NCBI GenBank assembly: GCA_041695225.1
Contig: JBGFRI010000035.1
Location: forward strand, 32,001 to 96,000
Origin: Deinococcota bacterium
GTDB taxonomy: Bacteria > Deinococcota > Deinococci > Deinococcales > Thermaceae
Direction: 5' to 3'
DNA: 64,000 bases
Position numbers and translations under genes: made by a program. This document shows positions 1 to 11,794 of the stretch, piece by piece; position 1 is the first letter of the stretch, and each line of letters begins with the position of its first letter. The notes under the pieces are model-generated. The model was not told where the DNA came from, made no database searches, and worked only from the letters and a program-made list of their open reading frames with translations.

Positions 1-103
1 TCCAGAGCCGGTCAAACTCGCTGAAGACGTCGTTGAAATTACCGAGATTCCAGCCCCGGAACGGTACCGGCTGAACGTTTGACCTTCTTGCGATGTCCAA
101 CAT
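1..103 (-). CDS. Small heat-shock protein (Hsp20 family), 5' part only; runs off the window
   Basis: ATG at 103 with GGAGG RBS. Reads MLDIARRSNVQPVPFRGWNLGNFNDVFSEFDRLW, similar to sHSP N-termini. The alpha-crystallin domain is outside the window. Confidence 0.6.
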   Translation of the reverse strand, partial: MLDIARRSNVQPVPFRGWNLGNFNDVFSEFDRLW

Positions 104-175
104 AACTGAAACCTCCTTTTCTCGTGCATTTGTAGAGCTACAAAGGCTTTATGACTTCATGCCCTACAACTTCAG

Positions 176-204
176 AATATAAAACCTGCGTCGGGTGTTG
201 TCAA
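176..204 (-). promoter_or_regulatory. Sigma-70 promoter for the Hsp20-like gene
   Basis: On the minus strand: TTGACA (204-199), 17-nt spacer, TATATT (181-176). Confidence 0.75.
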
Positions 205-414
205 GTAGTCTTATTCACTCTTACACATTTGTGATGCTCGTCGCACCGATTCGCAAAGTGTAGACTCCGACCGATTAGTAGACGCGGCCACCAACAGCAG
301 AAGGACGTAAGCGACAGGCGGAAGCTGGGCAGATAGGTGGGAGGTGGTTGGAGAACGGTGGTTGATACTCCCGGCAAAAAAAGTCCACCCAGGCCATCGG
401 GCATGATACCGATC

Positions 415-505
415 ACACTTCCTACCTCGGTGCTAACCGCTTCAGGTACTAAGGGCCTTTCTCAGCCTTGGTGGCTCTGTGACTTCCACCAAGCACCCCC
501 GATTG
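415..505 (-). ncRNA. TPP riboswitch-like aptamer (variant, orphan)
   Basis: Minus strand reads GGGGGTGC-TTGGTGG/CCACCAA-GGCTGAGAAAGGCCC-TTAGT-ACCTGAAGCGGTTAGCACCGAGGTAGGAAG, collinear with the TPP consensus. A hairpin and a T7 tract (382-376) follow. Confidence 0.7.
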
Positions 506-544
506 CCTGTTGATGTTGCTGCCAGGGCCGGTCAAGCGGAAGTG

Positions 545-1372
545 TCAGCCTACGGTCTGGGTAGGCACAACCCAGAACCTGGGGTGCTTGATTAGTAGCT
601 TTTGCGCAATAAACCTGGCCTCATCGGCATCGCGGGCCAGACCAAAGATGCTTGAGCCAGAGCCGCACATCAAAACCCCAAACAGCCCGGCGCGGCGCAG
701 TTCTAGCTTTAGCTCTTGTAAATAGGGCTTTAGGCGGAAGACGCTGTGCTCGAGCGTATTCCAGTAAGGTGGCTCCTCGAGTGCCCGAATGGCACTCAGA
801 ATGCCCGGTACGTCCAGATCGGGCTGCCACATCTGTGGGCTGAGCTGCCCGTAGGCCTCAGCCGCCGAGACCTCGAGGCCAGGGTTTACCAGCACCAGGT
901 GGGCAGCCAGGGGCTCGAGCGGCCTCAGTTGCTCGCCCACCCCCCGGCCTTCGGCCAGGCCAGCGCCCAGGAAAAAAGGCACGTCTGCTCCAAGCTTCAG
1001 GGCCAGACCAGGCAGGTCAACGGGCGCCGGGTAAAGCCTTGACAATGCCTTGAGCACCGCCGCCGCATCGGAAGAGCCCCCACCCAGGCCGGAGGCCAGC
1101 GGAAGGTTTTTCTCCAGCACCACCCGCACTCCGCCGCGCCACCCAACGGCGTTCAGGTAAGCTACCGCAGCCTTGTAGACCAGGTTATCGGTGTTGGCGG
1201 GTAAGGACGAGCCCCGAACTTCCAGCTCCACTCCTTCCGGCATGGCCTCGAGGTGCAAGCGATCCCCGACCTGCACAGCAGCAAAAATGGTGTGAAGCTC
1301 GTGGTAACCATTGGCCCGGCGGCCCATAACCGAAAGGCCCAGATTCACCTTGGCCGGGGCTAAGACTTCCAT
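545..1372 (-). CDS. ispE: 4-diphosphocytidyl-2-C-methyl-D-erythritol kinase
   Basis: APAKVNLGL, GYHELHTIF, PLASGLGGGSSDAA and LGADVPFF motifs (GHMP kinase). Confidence 0.95.
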   Translation of the reverse strand: MEVLAPAKVNLGLSVMGRRANGYHELHTIFAAVQVGDRLHLEAMPEGVELEVRGSSLPANTDNLVYKAAVAYLNAVGWRGGVRVVLEKNLPLASGLGGGSSDAAAVLKALSRLYPAPVDLPGLALKLGADVPFFLGAGLAEGRGVGEQLRPLEPLAAHLVLVNPGLEVSAAEAYGQLSPQMWQPDLDVPGILSAIRALEEPPYWNTLEHSVFRLKPYLQELKLELRRAGLFGVLMCGSGSSIFGLARDADEARFIAQKLLIKHPRFWVVPTQTVG

Positions 1373-2004
1373 ACCCGCGCCAGCCCCTCAGCCACAACCA
1401 GGTCTTCGGGGTAGGTTATCTTGAACATGCGCCGGTCGCCCTCCACCAGGGCTACCGGATGGCCCAGCCAGCGAACCAGCTGCGCGTCGTCGGAGAACTC
1501 GAGGCCCCCGGCCTGTGCGCTCAGATGGGCCTTCCATAGCAGCTCCCGTCTGAAACCCTGGGGGGTCTGCACCAGCCGGTGCCGCTCGCGGGGGCTGACC
1601 GCCCCATACTGCTGCGCTTCTTCCTGCACCAGGGTATCGGGCACACCAACCGCCAGGGTGGCCGCGCCAGACTGGATAACCTTGTCCATTAAGCGCTCTA
1701 CCGCCTCTGGCACCACAAAAGGCCGGGCCACGTCGTGCACCAGCACGATTTCACCGGTGGCAGCCTGCACCAGATTGAACACGCTTTGCTGGCGGGTCTG
1801 GCCTCCCACCACGGTCTTGACCTTCAGAGAATCCCCTTCGGTCCGAACCCCAGGCGGTAGGGCCACAATTATCTCGTCGGCCCAGGCAAATCCTTCCAAG
1901 GCCCACTGCAAAAGGGTTCTGCCCCCCACATCAATGAATGCTTTGGGACCTTGTCTAATCCGCTCGCCCGAACCGGCCGCAGGCAGTAGCACCGAAACCT
2001 TCAC
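1360..2004 (-). CDS. ispD: 2-C-methyl-D-erythritol 4-phosphate cytidylyltransferase
   Basis: PAAGSGER..PKAF, GGQTRQQSV, LVHDVARP, VQTPQGF and KITYPEDL motifs. Start reassigned to GTG 2004. Confidence 0.93.
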   Translation of the reverse strand: MKVSVLLPAAGSGERIRQGPKAFIDVGGRTLLQWALEGFAWADEIIVALPPGVRTEGDSLKVKTVVGGQTRQQSVFNLVQAATGEIVLVHDVARPFVVPEAVERLMDKVIQSGAATLAVGVPDTLVQEEAQQYGAVSPRERHRLVQTPQGFRRELLWKAHLSAQAGGLEFSDDAQLVRWLGHPVALVEGDRRMFKITYPEDLVVAEGLARVWKS

Positions 2005-2053
2005 AACTGGAATCCTACCGTATGAGCGCAAAGAGCGTGGTATCCTCTGGGGC

Positions 2054-2830
2054 GTGACAATTTTGGAGGCTTTCATTCTGGGGGTAGTGGAGGGCCTGAC
2101 CGAGTTCTTGCCGGTCTCGTCCACCGGCCACCTGACCCTGGCGGCTCATTTGATGGGCCTGGATATTGAGAACGACCCCTTTATTAAAAGTTTCGTGATC
2201 GTTATTCAACTGGGAGCCATTCTGGCCGTGCTGGTGCTGTATTTCAAGCGTTTTTTGCAGGACATGGAGGTCTGGAAGCGCATTATAGTAGCCTTCATCC
2301 CCACCGGCATGCTGGGTTTTTTGCTGGCAGACCTGATCGAGAACGTATTTTTAGGCAACGACCTGATTGTGGTGATCAATCTGATTGGCGTAGGGGTGCT
2401 GCTGCTCTTTGTGGATCGCTGGCTCGAGCATCACAAGCGCTACGACGATGTGAACCAGATGCCCGTTCGTCAGTCGGTTCTGATTGGTCTGTTTCAGGCG
2501 GTGGCCATGGTGCCGGGGGTCTCGCGCAGCGGGGCCACCATTGTGGGGGGCATGGCCCTGGGGCTATCGCGCCGGGCGGCGGCGGAGTTCTCGTTTATTC
2601 TGGCGGTTCCGACCATGCTCACCGCCACCGCATTCTCGCTTTTTCGCAATGTGGATCAGTTCCGGGCCGATAGCTGGTCCCTGATTGCGGTGGGGTTTGT
2701 CACTGCTTTTGTGGTGGCCTTCCTGACGGTGCGCTGGCTGCTCGATTACGTGAGCAAGCATAGTTTTGTGCCCTTTGCTATCTATCGGATTATCGTTGGA
2801 ATCGTCTACGCGGTGTTTTTCTTAGATTAA
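2054..2830 (+). CDS. uppP: Undecaprenyl-diphosphate phosphatase (BacA)
   Basis: GVVEGLTEFLPVSSTGH and PGVSRSGATI motifs. True start is GTG 2054, not the long ORF start. Confidence 0.95.
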   Translation: MTILEAFILGVVEGLTEFLPVSSTGHLTLAAHLMGLDIENDPFIKSFVIVIQLGAILAVLVLYFKRFLQDMEVWKRIIVAFIPTGMLGFLLADLIENVFLGNDLIVVINLIGVGVLLLFVDRWLEHHKRYDDVNQMPVRQSVLIGLFQAVAMVPGVSRSGATIVGGMALGLSRRAAAEFSFILAVPTMLTATAFSLFRNVDQFRADSWSLIAVGFVTAFVVAFLTVRWLLDYVSKHSFVPFAIYRIIVGIVYAVFFLD

Positions 2831-3126
2831 CGCTCAGATGGCGTTTTGTTTGCCATGGTAATGCTCTAGAACCTTGGCCCGGTTGACGCTTCGGCACCGT
2901 ATCTACATCCATGTGCATGCCGTCAGCCTGGATGCTGCCAGGCTATTTTTCCCAACGTTGCGGGCAACCCCAGGTGTGAACTGAGAACCTGGCTGAATTT
3001 GGCCCAACCATCACGGTACTAACCCCGGGTACTGCCGGAGCAACGTCAAGGGTTCGGGTTGGCCATCGGCCGGCTAGCCCAATAGATTGGACAATGTAGT
3101 AGCCGGGGATGGTGATGATTAATCCA

Positions 3127-5376
<2,250 letters not shown>

Positions 5377-5478
5377 TCATCAAATAATCCAGGCTAGAGC
5401 ACTCCTCAAACCTCGAGGGCGTTCTACCTCAACAGAAATGTACCACAGCCCCAAGGGACAGACTGCCCCCACAGAGTG

Positions 5479-6591
5479 CTAGCTAGGAGCCACGCCGGCT
5501 TGCTGACCGGTTTCCCTCCACACTGCTCGCAGCTTGCGCCAGACGGTAAACCCTAGCAACAACGCCATAGTCACAGCGCTTACCAGAATTGCTGTGAGGC
5601 CGACTCCCTGAACGCCCATGGCTAGCAGGTTCAGGGCCAGGGTGACGATCCACAGGGTGACGGTAGTACGGCGCTGGGAGAATCCTCTGGCCAAAAGCCG
5701 GTGATGGATGTGGTCTTTCCCGGGGGTGGACATGGGGTTCTGACCCTTAAGAATGCGACGGATAAATACCTGAGAGGTGTCCAGAATGGGCAGCAGCAAA
5801 AACAATGCCGTAGGAATCAGTGAAAAAACCGTGGTGACCTTGAGGCTGCCCAGCAAGGCGGTTGCAGCCAGCACATAGCCAAAGAAATAGGCCCCGGCAT
5901 CACCCATGATAATTTTGGAAGGAAAGAAGTTGTGGCGCAAAAACCCCAGCGCCGCCCCCGCCAGCGCCGCCAGCACCAGGGTGGCCGCCGCCCACTGGGG
6001 GTTCTGGGCCGAGACCACCAGCAAACTCATGGCCGTAATGTAAGAAATACCCCCGGCTAGGCCGTCAACCCCATCCATCAGGTTCACCGCATTAGTAATA
6101 CCCATTACCCAAACTATGGTCAGCACTGTGCCCCAGAAGGGATCGAGGGCGGTTCCAAAAGCTGCATCAAAGCGAATCCCCACTGCTACCAGCAGCAAAG
6201 CACATAAAAACTGTACCAGGAGCCGAAAGACCGGAGGCAGGCCAAACTGGTCATCTACAAAACCAACGAGGACCAGAATGGCCCCGCCCAGCAGAATCGC
6301 CAGTACCTGTACCTGCACCTCCTGGATCAAAATAGGGCGCAGGGCGGTGGCTACAATTAGCGCTGCAACCACACCGGCGAATATTGCCAGCCCTCCTGCA
6401 TTGGGCAGCGGCTCCTTATTCAGGCGACGGGCATTGGGCTGGTCGGCCCAGCCTACTTGCAGAGCAAATTGCCGTACCCTTGGGATAAACCGCCAGGTTA
6501 CCGCCCAGGCCACCAAAAACGTAAAGACCACGATCAGCCAGCCTGTGCCAGCGGGGTTGGCGATGCCGATAGACTCGAGGAATCCACTCAT
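5479..6591 (-). CDS. Undecaprenyl-phosphate GlcNAc-1-phosphate transferase (MraY/WecA/TagO family)
   Basis: [26 protein letters not shown] and DHIHH motifs; polytopic membrane protein. Confidence 0.9.
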   Translation of the reverse strand: MSGFLESIGIANPAGTGWLIVVFTFLVAWAVTWRFIPRVRQFALQVGWADQPNARRLNKEPLPNAGGLAIFAGVVAALIVATALRPILIQEVQVQVLAILLGGAILVLVGFVDDQFGLPPVFRLLVQFLCALLLVAVGIRFDAAFGTALDPFWGTVLTIVWVMGITNAVNLMDGVDGLAGGISYITAMSLLVVSAQNPQWAAATLVLAALAGAALGFLRHNFFPSKIIMGDAGAYFFGYVLAATALLGSLKVTTVFSLIPTALFLLLPILDTSQVFIRRILKGQNPMSTPGKDHIHHRLLARGFSQRRTTVTLWIVTLALNLLAMGVQGVGLTAILVSAVTMALLLGFTVWRKLRAVWRETGQQAGVAPS

Positions 6592-6754
6592 ACCCTGAAC
6601 CGCTATAGCTTATAGCCGATGGGTGAGGAATTGTGCAGGCCGGTTTGCAAAACGCTGGTGCCAGCAACAAGCCCTTGCGATGCCGATAGGAAAACCTCCC
6701 CAAGCTACCACCGGGAACTACTTAGATGCTGGCTCGTAGCGCTGAGGTACCAGA

Positions 6755-7381
6755 CTACCTGGTTCCATAAATGCGGTCCCCGGCATCGCCCAGGCCGGGC
6801 ACGATATAGCCGTGGTCGTTGAGGCAGGTGTCTACAGCGGCCACCACAATGTCTACATCGGGGTGGGTCTCTTGTACCCGCTTTATACCCTCTGGGGCCG
6901 CAATAATACTCATCAGTTTGATCTGGTGGGCCCCTTGGGCCTTCAGAACGGAGATGGCGTGAATTGCGCTGCCCGCAGTGGCCAGCATGGGGTCGGTGAG
7001 GAAGACCCTGCGCTCGGCAATATCGGCAGGGAGTTTACAGTAATACTCCACCGGGTTTAGGGTCTGGGGGTCGCGGTAGAGGCCAATGTGGCCGACCTTG
7101 GCGGCAGGTACTAGCTTCAGAATGCCATCAACCATAATCAGACCGGCCCGCAGAATGGCTACCAGGGCCAGTTTTTTGCCTGAGAGCATATAAGCCGTCA
7201 TCGATGTAAGTGGCGTCTCGATGCCTACAGGGTCGAGTTCCAGGTCACGCATGGCTTCGTAGGCCATGAGCATGGTAACTTCTTCCATTAACTCGCGGAA
7301 CTCTTTGTTGCCGGTATGTTTGTCGCGAATAATCGCCAGTTTATGTTGAACCAGGGGGTGGTCTACCACGGTTACTGTCAT
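6755..7381 (-). CDS. upp: Uracil phosphoribosyltransferase
   Basis: [23 protein letters not shown] and [12 protein letters not shown] motifs. Confidence 0.97.
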   Translation of the reverse strand: MTVTVVDHPLVQHKLAIIRDKHTGNKEFRELMEEVTMLMAYEAMRDLELDPVGIETPLTSMTAYMLSGKKLALVAILRAGLIMVDGILKLVPAAKVGHIGLYRDPQTLNPVEYYCKLPADIAERRVFLTDPMLATAGSAIHAISVLKAQGAHQIKLMSIIAAPEGIKRVQETHPDVDIVVAAVDTCLNDHGYIVPGLGDAGDRIYGTR

Positions 7382-7544
7382 CTTGGGTGAATGCTAACAC
7401 CGCCATGAGGGCGGGGGCAAACATGCCTTGCCGGGCAGGCAGATCTCTTTTGTGTTACCTGCCAAAGGCTGCTCGAGGCTTACGGGTCTGAAGACTGCCC
7501 TGGACCTGCGACCAAGGTTCGACACAAAGAGGTGCCTGACGGGG

Positions 7545-8423
7545 TCAGGTCAACTGTGGACTAAAGCCCTGGTAAAACCGCAGGGCCTTGGGCATCTTGT
7601 CCGCTACTGCGGCTTCGAAGCCCGCGGGCTCTTTGGCGCGAAACCAGTGCATGTCGTGGAGGTAGGTCAGGGGAACCCAGAAGCGCAGACGGGGCCAGAC
7701 AGACTCGGGCTGGGGGTAGTAACCAACAATGGTCTGCAGGGCCACAATGGCTTTTTCTTCGCCCAGCAAGACCAGTGTTCCGGTAGTCAGGATGGCCAGG
7801 TCGCGGGCGGGGTCGTCTGGCTGAGCCTGCACCCAGTCTACTACCAGCGCTTCGGGAAGAGGGCGGGCCGGGGCAAGGCTTTCGTCAGCACCCGGGTGTT
7901 TGAGCAGAATGTTGCCTGCGTGGGGGTCGCGGTGGCAAAAAGCCTGGGGCGTTCCGGCCACCTCGTCTACATGCTGCCACAGCCAGCCCACCAGCTGCTG
8001 GGCCTGGGGGAGGTCGTAGAGGGTTGAGCCAAACTGGTTGAGCCGGTCTACCAGACGGGACCGGCTTATCACCCCGGGCTCGCGGATGGCGTGAAGTTGA
8101 ACAAAAAACTGCGCCAAGCAGCTTAGAGCTCGGTCGCTAAAGCGCTCGGGCACGAAGCTCGAGCCGGGATAGCGCTTGCTGACCAAAATGCCGTACTGGT
8201 GCAGGGCGAAAGCCTCTATCACCCAGTCTCCCAGCCCTGCCTTGGTCATGTTCAAGGCCTCCAGGCGGGCAGCATAGATACCACCGGGCTGCCAGGAGGA
8301 GGTCTCGGGCGGGTAGACCTTGAAGACCAGTCCATTGCCAGCAAAGGTGCGGGCCCCGGCCCCGCCTACCAGAGGGGTTAGCTGCATCTGATAACGGGCC
8401 TCGAGGGCCGGTAGAATTTCCAC
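7545..8423 (-). CDS. Aminoglycoside phosphotransferase / choline kinase-like phosphotransferase
   Basis: CHRDPHAGN (HxDxxxxN), VVDW and DPARDLA motifs. Confidence 0.75.
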   Translation of the reverse strand: MEILPALEARYQMQLTPLVGGAGARTFAGNGLVFKVYPPETSSWQPGGIYAARLEALNMTKAGLGDWVIEAFALHQYGILVSKRYPGSSFVPERFSDRALSCLAQFFVQLHAIREPGVISRSRLVDRLNQFGSTLYDLPQAQQLVGWLWQHVDEVAGTPQAFCHRDPHAGNILLKHPGADESLAPARPLPEALVVDWVQAQPDDPARDLAILTTGTLVLLGEEKAIVALQTIVGYYPQPESVWPRLRFWVPLTYLHDMHWFRAKEPAGFEAAVADKMPKALRFYQGFSPQLT

Positions 8424-8536
8424 CGAGACTCAGGATACTAAAAGCGGAGGGTAGAGAGCGGGGGGTGTGAGCAAGAAAAGAAGAGCTGCGCGTTGGAGGT
8501 TCCTGCTCAGTCCGACGCGGAATTGGGGCTTCTCGC

Positions 8537-9796
8537 TCAGTCCGACGCGACCTGCGGGGTGGGTAGGGGCGGCTCGACTTTGGGGGTAGGCTCGAGGGCC
8601 AGTACTCTGGGCCAGGGAAAGCGGATTAAAACCAGCGCGGCCGCCAGGGTCAGTAGCCCCATCACTGCGATGCCCGAGCGAGCGCCCAGGGCGTCAATCA
8701 AAAAACCAGAAAGATAGGCGCCCAGCGGCCCTGAGCCGAGCAAGACCATCGCGTAGACCGACATCACCCTGCCCCTCAGGCTATCGGGGGTAATCAGCTG
8801 TACGGTGGTATTTGAGTTAATCAACGTGACAATCATTCCAAGCCCCCCAACCGCCAGCACGACCGCCACCCAGATGGTAGGCAGGGGCAGGGCCAGGGTA
8901 ATCAGGGCTGCGGCCAGCAGGATACTGCCAAACACCGCCCAGATCGGGCGGGCTTTTGAGGAAACAGCCTGCACCATGGCGGCGGCAATGGACCCCAGCC
9001 CTACCGACGACATTAAGAGACCGAAGCCCTGGGCATCGAGGCCCAGTTCCAGGCGGGCATACGAAGGCACCATAATCTGAAAGTTCATACCAAACAGGCT
9101 GGTCAGGCCCACCAGCAGCACCACCTGACGCATTAGCGGGTGCCTCCAGACGAAGCGCACACCCTCGATGGCATCTTCGAGCACCTGGCCACGTCGGGGT
9201 AAGGGACGGCGGCTTGGCGCGAAAACCAGCACCCCAATGAGGGGAATGAAGGAGAGGGCGTTGACCAGATAGCTCCAGCTCAAGCCAAAGCCAGCAATCA
9301 GCAGGCCAGCCAGGGCCGGCCCAAGCAGACGCGAGGTATTGAACCCGAAGGAGTTTAGCGCAATGGCCCCCGGATAGCGCTCGCGGCCTGCTATCTCGAC
9401 GGTGAAGGCCTGGCGCACGGGCAGGTCTACGGCATTGAAGATGCCGTACAAAAAGGCAAACACCAGTACGTGCTCGTAGCGCACCAGGCCGGTCACAATC
9501 AAGACAAACATGCCCAAGGCCAGCACCGCCATGCCCCCCTGGGTGATAAAGAGCAGGTTGCGCCGGCTGTAGCGGTCCGAGACCACCCCCGCCGGAAGGG
9601 AGAAGAGCAGCGAGGGCAGAAACTGTAGAGCAATTACCAGGCCCAGCCGCTCGGCGCTTCCGGTGAGCTCGAGCACCAGCCAGCCCTGGGTAGCAGCCTG
9701 CATCCAGGTGCCCATCTGAGAGAGAAATAGTGCGATCCAGTAGGTTCGGTATGGAGGGTCCCGCAACAGGGCTAGCGCCAGCACAAACCCCATCAT
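8537..9796 (-). CDS. MFS transporter
   Basis: GVVSDRYSRR motif A; about 12 hydrophobic segments. Confidence 0.9.
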   Translation of the reverse strand: MMGFVLALALLRDPPYRTYWIALFLSQMGTWMQAATQGWLVLELTGSAERLGLVIALQFLPSLLFSLPAGVVSDRYSRRNLLFITQGGMAVLALGMFVLIVTGLVRYEHVLVFAFLYGIFNAVDLPVRQAFTVEIAGRERYPGAIALNSFGFNTSRLLGPALAGLLIAGFGLSWSYLVNALSFIPLIGVLVFAPSRRPLPRRGQVLEDAIEGVRFVWRHPLMRQVVLLVGLTSLFGMNFQIMVPSYARLELGLDAQGFGLLMSSVGLGSIAAAMVQAVSSKARPIWAVFGSILLAAALITLALPLPTIWVAVVLAVGGLGMIVTLINSNTTVQLITPDSLRGRVMSVYAMVLLGSGPLGAYLSGFLIDALGARSGIAVMGLLTLAAALVLIRFPWPRVLALEPTPKVEPPLPTPQVASD

Positions 9797-9822
9797 ACCC
9801 CTAAACTGACCGGCGGGTCAGT

Positions 9823-10506
9823 TCAAGGTTGGCGCAGAAGGGCAAGCCAATTTTCCAGGCTCTCCCGGATGCGCTTGAAGTGTTGCAAAAGGGCCTCGGC
9901 AGCCTCGTCTGAGTTGCGTGACTCGAGAGCCTCGAAAATCGCCAGGTGCTCCGTAAAACCCAGCTCCAGTTGAACCAGACTGCGACTGACCGAGTCCTGG
10001 GCCAGGAGCGACTGGTCTTTCAACAGACCCACCATACGCCCTAAAGCATGGTTGTGGCTCAGGCTGCCCAGCAGTTTGTGGAACTCTAGATCGGAGGCCA
10101 GATAGCCCCTGAAGTTAGCTTTCTGGATACTCAGCTGCTGGGAGTGTAAAACCTGTTTCAGTGCAGCAAAGTCGGCGTCGGTGGCGCGGACCGCGCCCAG
10201 GCGCACCGAGGCTAACTCCAGTACCTCTCGAGCCTCGAGCAGTTGCAGCGCGTCCTCGAGGCCAAACTGGGCTACTACCGCCCCTTTGCGGGCCTCCTCC
10301 CAGGCCAGGCCGTCGGCCACCAGTTGCAGCACAGCTTCGCGCACCGGACTGCGGGAAACACCCAGCTGACGAGAAATCTCCGGGACGCTCAGCGGCTGGC
10401 CCGGCAGCAGCTTGCCGCTAAGAATATCGCGGTGTAGAAGTTCATACACTTTGTCTACGAGTCGCTCCGAGTGCAGTTTGACCTGGGGTTTCATAGAAGG
10501 GCTCAC
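9823..10506 (-). CDS. GntR family (FCD domain) transcriptional regulator
   Basis: LGVSRSPVREA helix-turn-helix; DLEFH..N..EH FCD metal motif. Confidence 0.92.
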   Translation of the reverse strand: MSPSMKPQVKLHSERLVDKVYELLHRDILSGKLLPGQPLSVPEISRQLGVSRSPVREAVLQLVADGLAWEEARKGAVVAQFGLEDALQLLEAREVLELASVRLGAVRATDADFAALKQVLHSQQLSIQKANFRGYLASDLEFHKLLGSLSHNHALGRMVGLLKDQSLLAQDSVSRSLVQLELGFTEHLAIFEALESRNSDEAAEALLQHFKRIRESLENWLALLRQP

Positions 10507-10539
10507 ACAGTACTGCCACTGGCTTCTTAGGTCTGTCTC

Positions 10540-10568
10540 TTGACATACTTACATGTAATATGTAGTCT
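10540..10568 (+). promoter_or_regulatory. Promoter of the TAXI-TRAP operon with a palindromic operator
   Basis: TTGACA (10540), 17-nt spacer, TAGTCT (10563). The spacer holds the near-perfect palindrome ACATA-c-TTACATGTAA-TATGT. Confidence 0.75.
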
Positions 10569-10667
10569 GTCCACAGCCGGAAGTGCAACTCTAAGCCCTG
10601 TCACGCCAAACCGATGACTCGGGTGTTTTGTTTATAGTTCAGTCCGGTCATCAGGAGGATGCTTACC

Positions 10668-11669
10668 ATGAAACTTTGGAAACTTGTAACGGTGTTTTCG
10701 CTGCTGGTAATGGGCAGTGCGCTGGCCCAGGAGCGGGCCAGGGTGGTCATTCCCACCGGTGGAGTGGGCGGGGTGTTTTTCTTTTATGGTCAGGCCCTGG
10801 CGAAAATTCTTACCGAGGCCGGAGTGGCCGATGCCACCGCCCAGCAGACGGGCGGCTCCTACGACAACCTCTTACTGCTGCGGGACCGGACCAACCCTGC
10901 CGCCAACACCTTCTTCTGTGCCCTGTCTACCATTGACGCAGTAAAGCTCTCCTTCACTGGTCAGGAGCGCCGCTTTGCTGGTCGCCCCGCCGACATGCAG
11001 CGCATCATGTTTTATATGTACCCCAGCCTGATTCACATTGTCACCACCGAGGGTTCCGGCATTCGCTTTGTCGCCGACCTGCGGGGCCGGCGGGTCTCAA
11101 CTGGGGTACCGGGTTCTTCGACCGAAAACCTGGCCTTAATGGTCATGCGCGGCGCGGATCTGGATGTGCGCGAACTGCGTACGCAGGAGCGTCTGGGAGC
11201 CGCTGAGTCGGCCCGCGCACTGGTTGAAGGAAGAATTGACGCCTACTTCTGGGTAGGGGGCGTGCCAACCTCTAGTGTGGTGGAAGCTGCCCAGGGGCTG
11301 ACCCGCCGGGGCGACCGGATCCGCCTGGTAGACGTTCCCCGCGCTGGCCCTACTGCCCAACTGCTGATGCGCGAGTTCCCCGGTATCGTCTCGACGGGTA
11401 CCTTGCAGCGTGAAGTCTACGGAACCCGGGAAAATCACTTTGTTCTCTACACCGGCAATGTCTTCCTCTGCCCCGCCTCGATGCCCGACGACCTGGCCGC
11501 CGGAATCATGCGTGCGGTTTTTGGTAACCTGCCAACCCTGACCGCAGCTACCGCTGCTGCCCGCGATACCACCATTGCCAACACGGTCAGCCTGGTAAAC
11601 CAGAGGTTTATAGTCCCGTTCCACCCCGGTGCATTGCGCTATCTGCGCGAGGTTGGGGCCATCCGCTAG
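10668..11669 (+). CDS. TAXI family TRAP transporter solute-binding protein
   Basis: Signal peptide; TGGVGGVF, TGGSYDN, STGVPGSSTE and PFHPGALRY motifs. AGGAGG RBS lies between the alternative starts 10659 and 10668. Confidence 0.9.
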   Translation: MKLWKLVTVFSLLVMGSALAQERARVVIPTGGVGGVFFFYGQALAKILTEAGVADATAQQTGGSYDNLLLLRDRTNPAANTFFCALSTIDAVKLSFTGQERRFAGRPADMQRIMFYMYPSLIHIVTTEGSGIRFVADLRGRRVSTGVPGSSTENLALMVMRGADLDVRELRTQERLGAAESARALVEGRIDAYFWVGGVPTSSVVEAAQGLTRRGDRIRLVDVPRAGPTAQLLMREFPGIVSTGTLQREVYGTRENHFVLYTGNVFLCPASMPDDLAAGIMRAVFGNLPTLTAATAAARDTTIANTVSLVNQRFIVPFHPGALRYLREVGAIR

Positions 11670-11794
11670 GTTACCGATTGCTTGCTGACAGTTTCGCCCA
11701 ATATGCCTGATCTCTACTGGGGTGGCCGGGTTCAGGTCACCCCAGCCCCTCGCGGGAGTCGGACCTGGTTACTGCCCTTGCTAGAGGAGGTTTA

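Noticed and set aside
203..223. HspR HAIR operator upstream of the Hsp20-like gene
   Set aside because: Only about half of CTTGAGT-N7-ACTCAAG matches; too weak. No CIRCE was seen either.
1421..2053. Long N-terminal extensions on uppP, accA (17587-17982), M16 (25238), the prenyl synthase (48627) and the ABC ATPase (61828)
   Set aside because: These are artefacts of longest-ORF calling; they overlap other genes or repeats, and better starts lie downstream.
8505..8549. 15-bp direct repeat GCTCAGTCCGACGCG at the MFS 3' end
   Set aside because: Only two copies 30 bp apart; probably a local duplication, with no att-like context.
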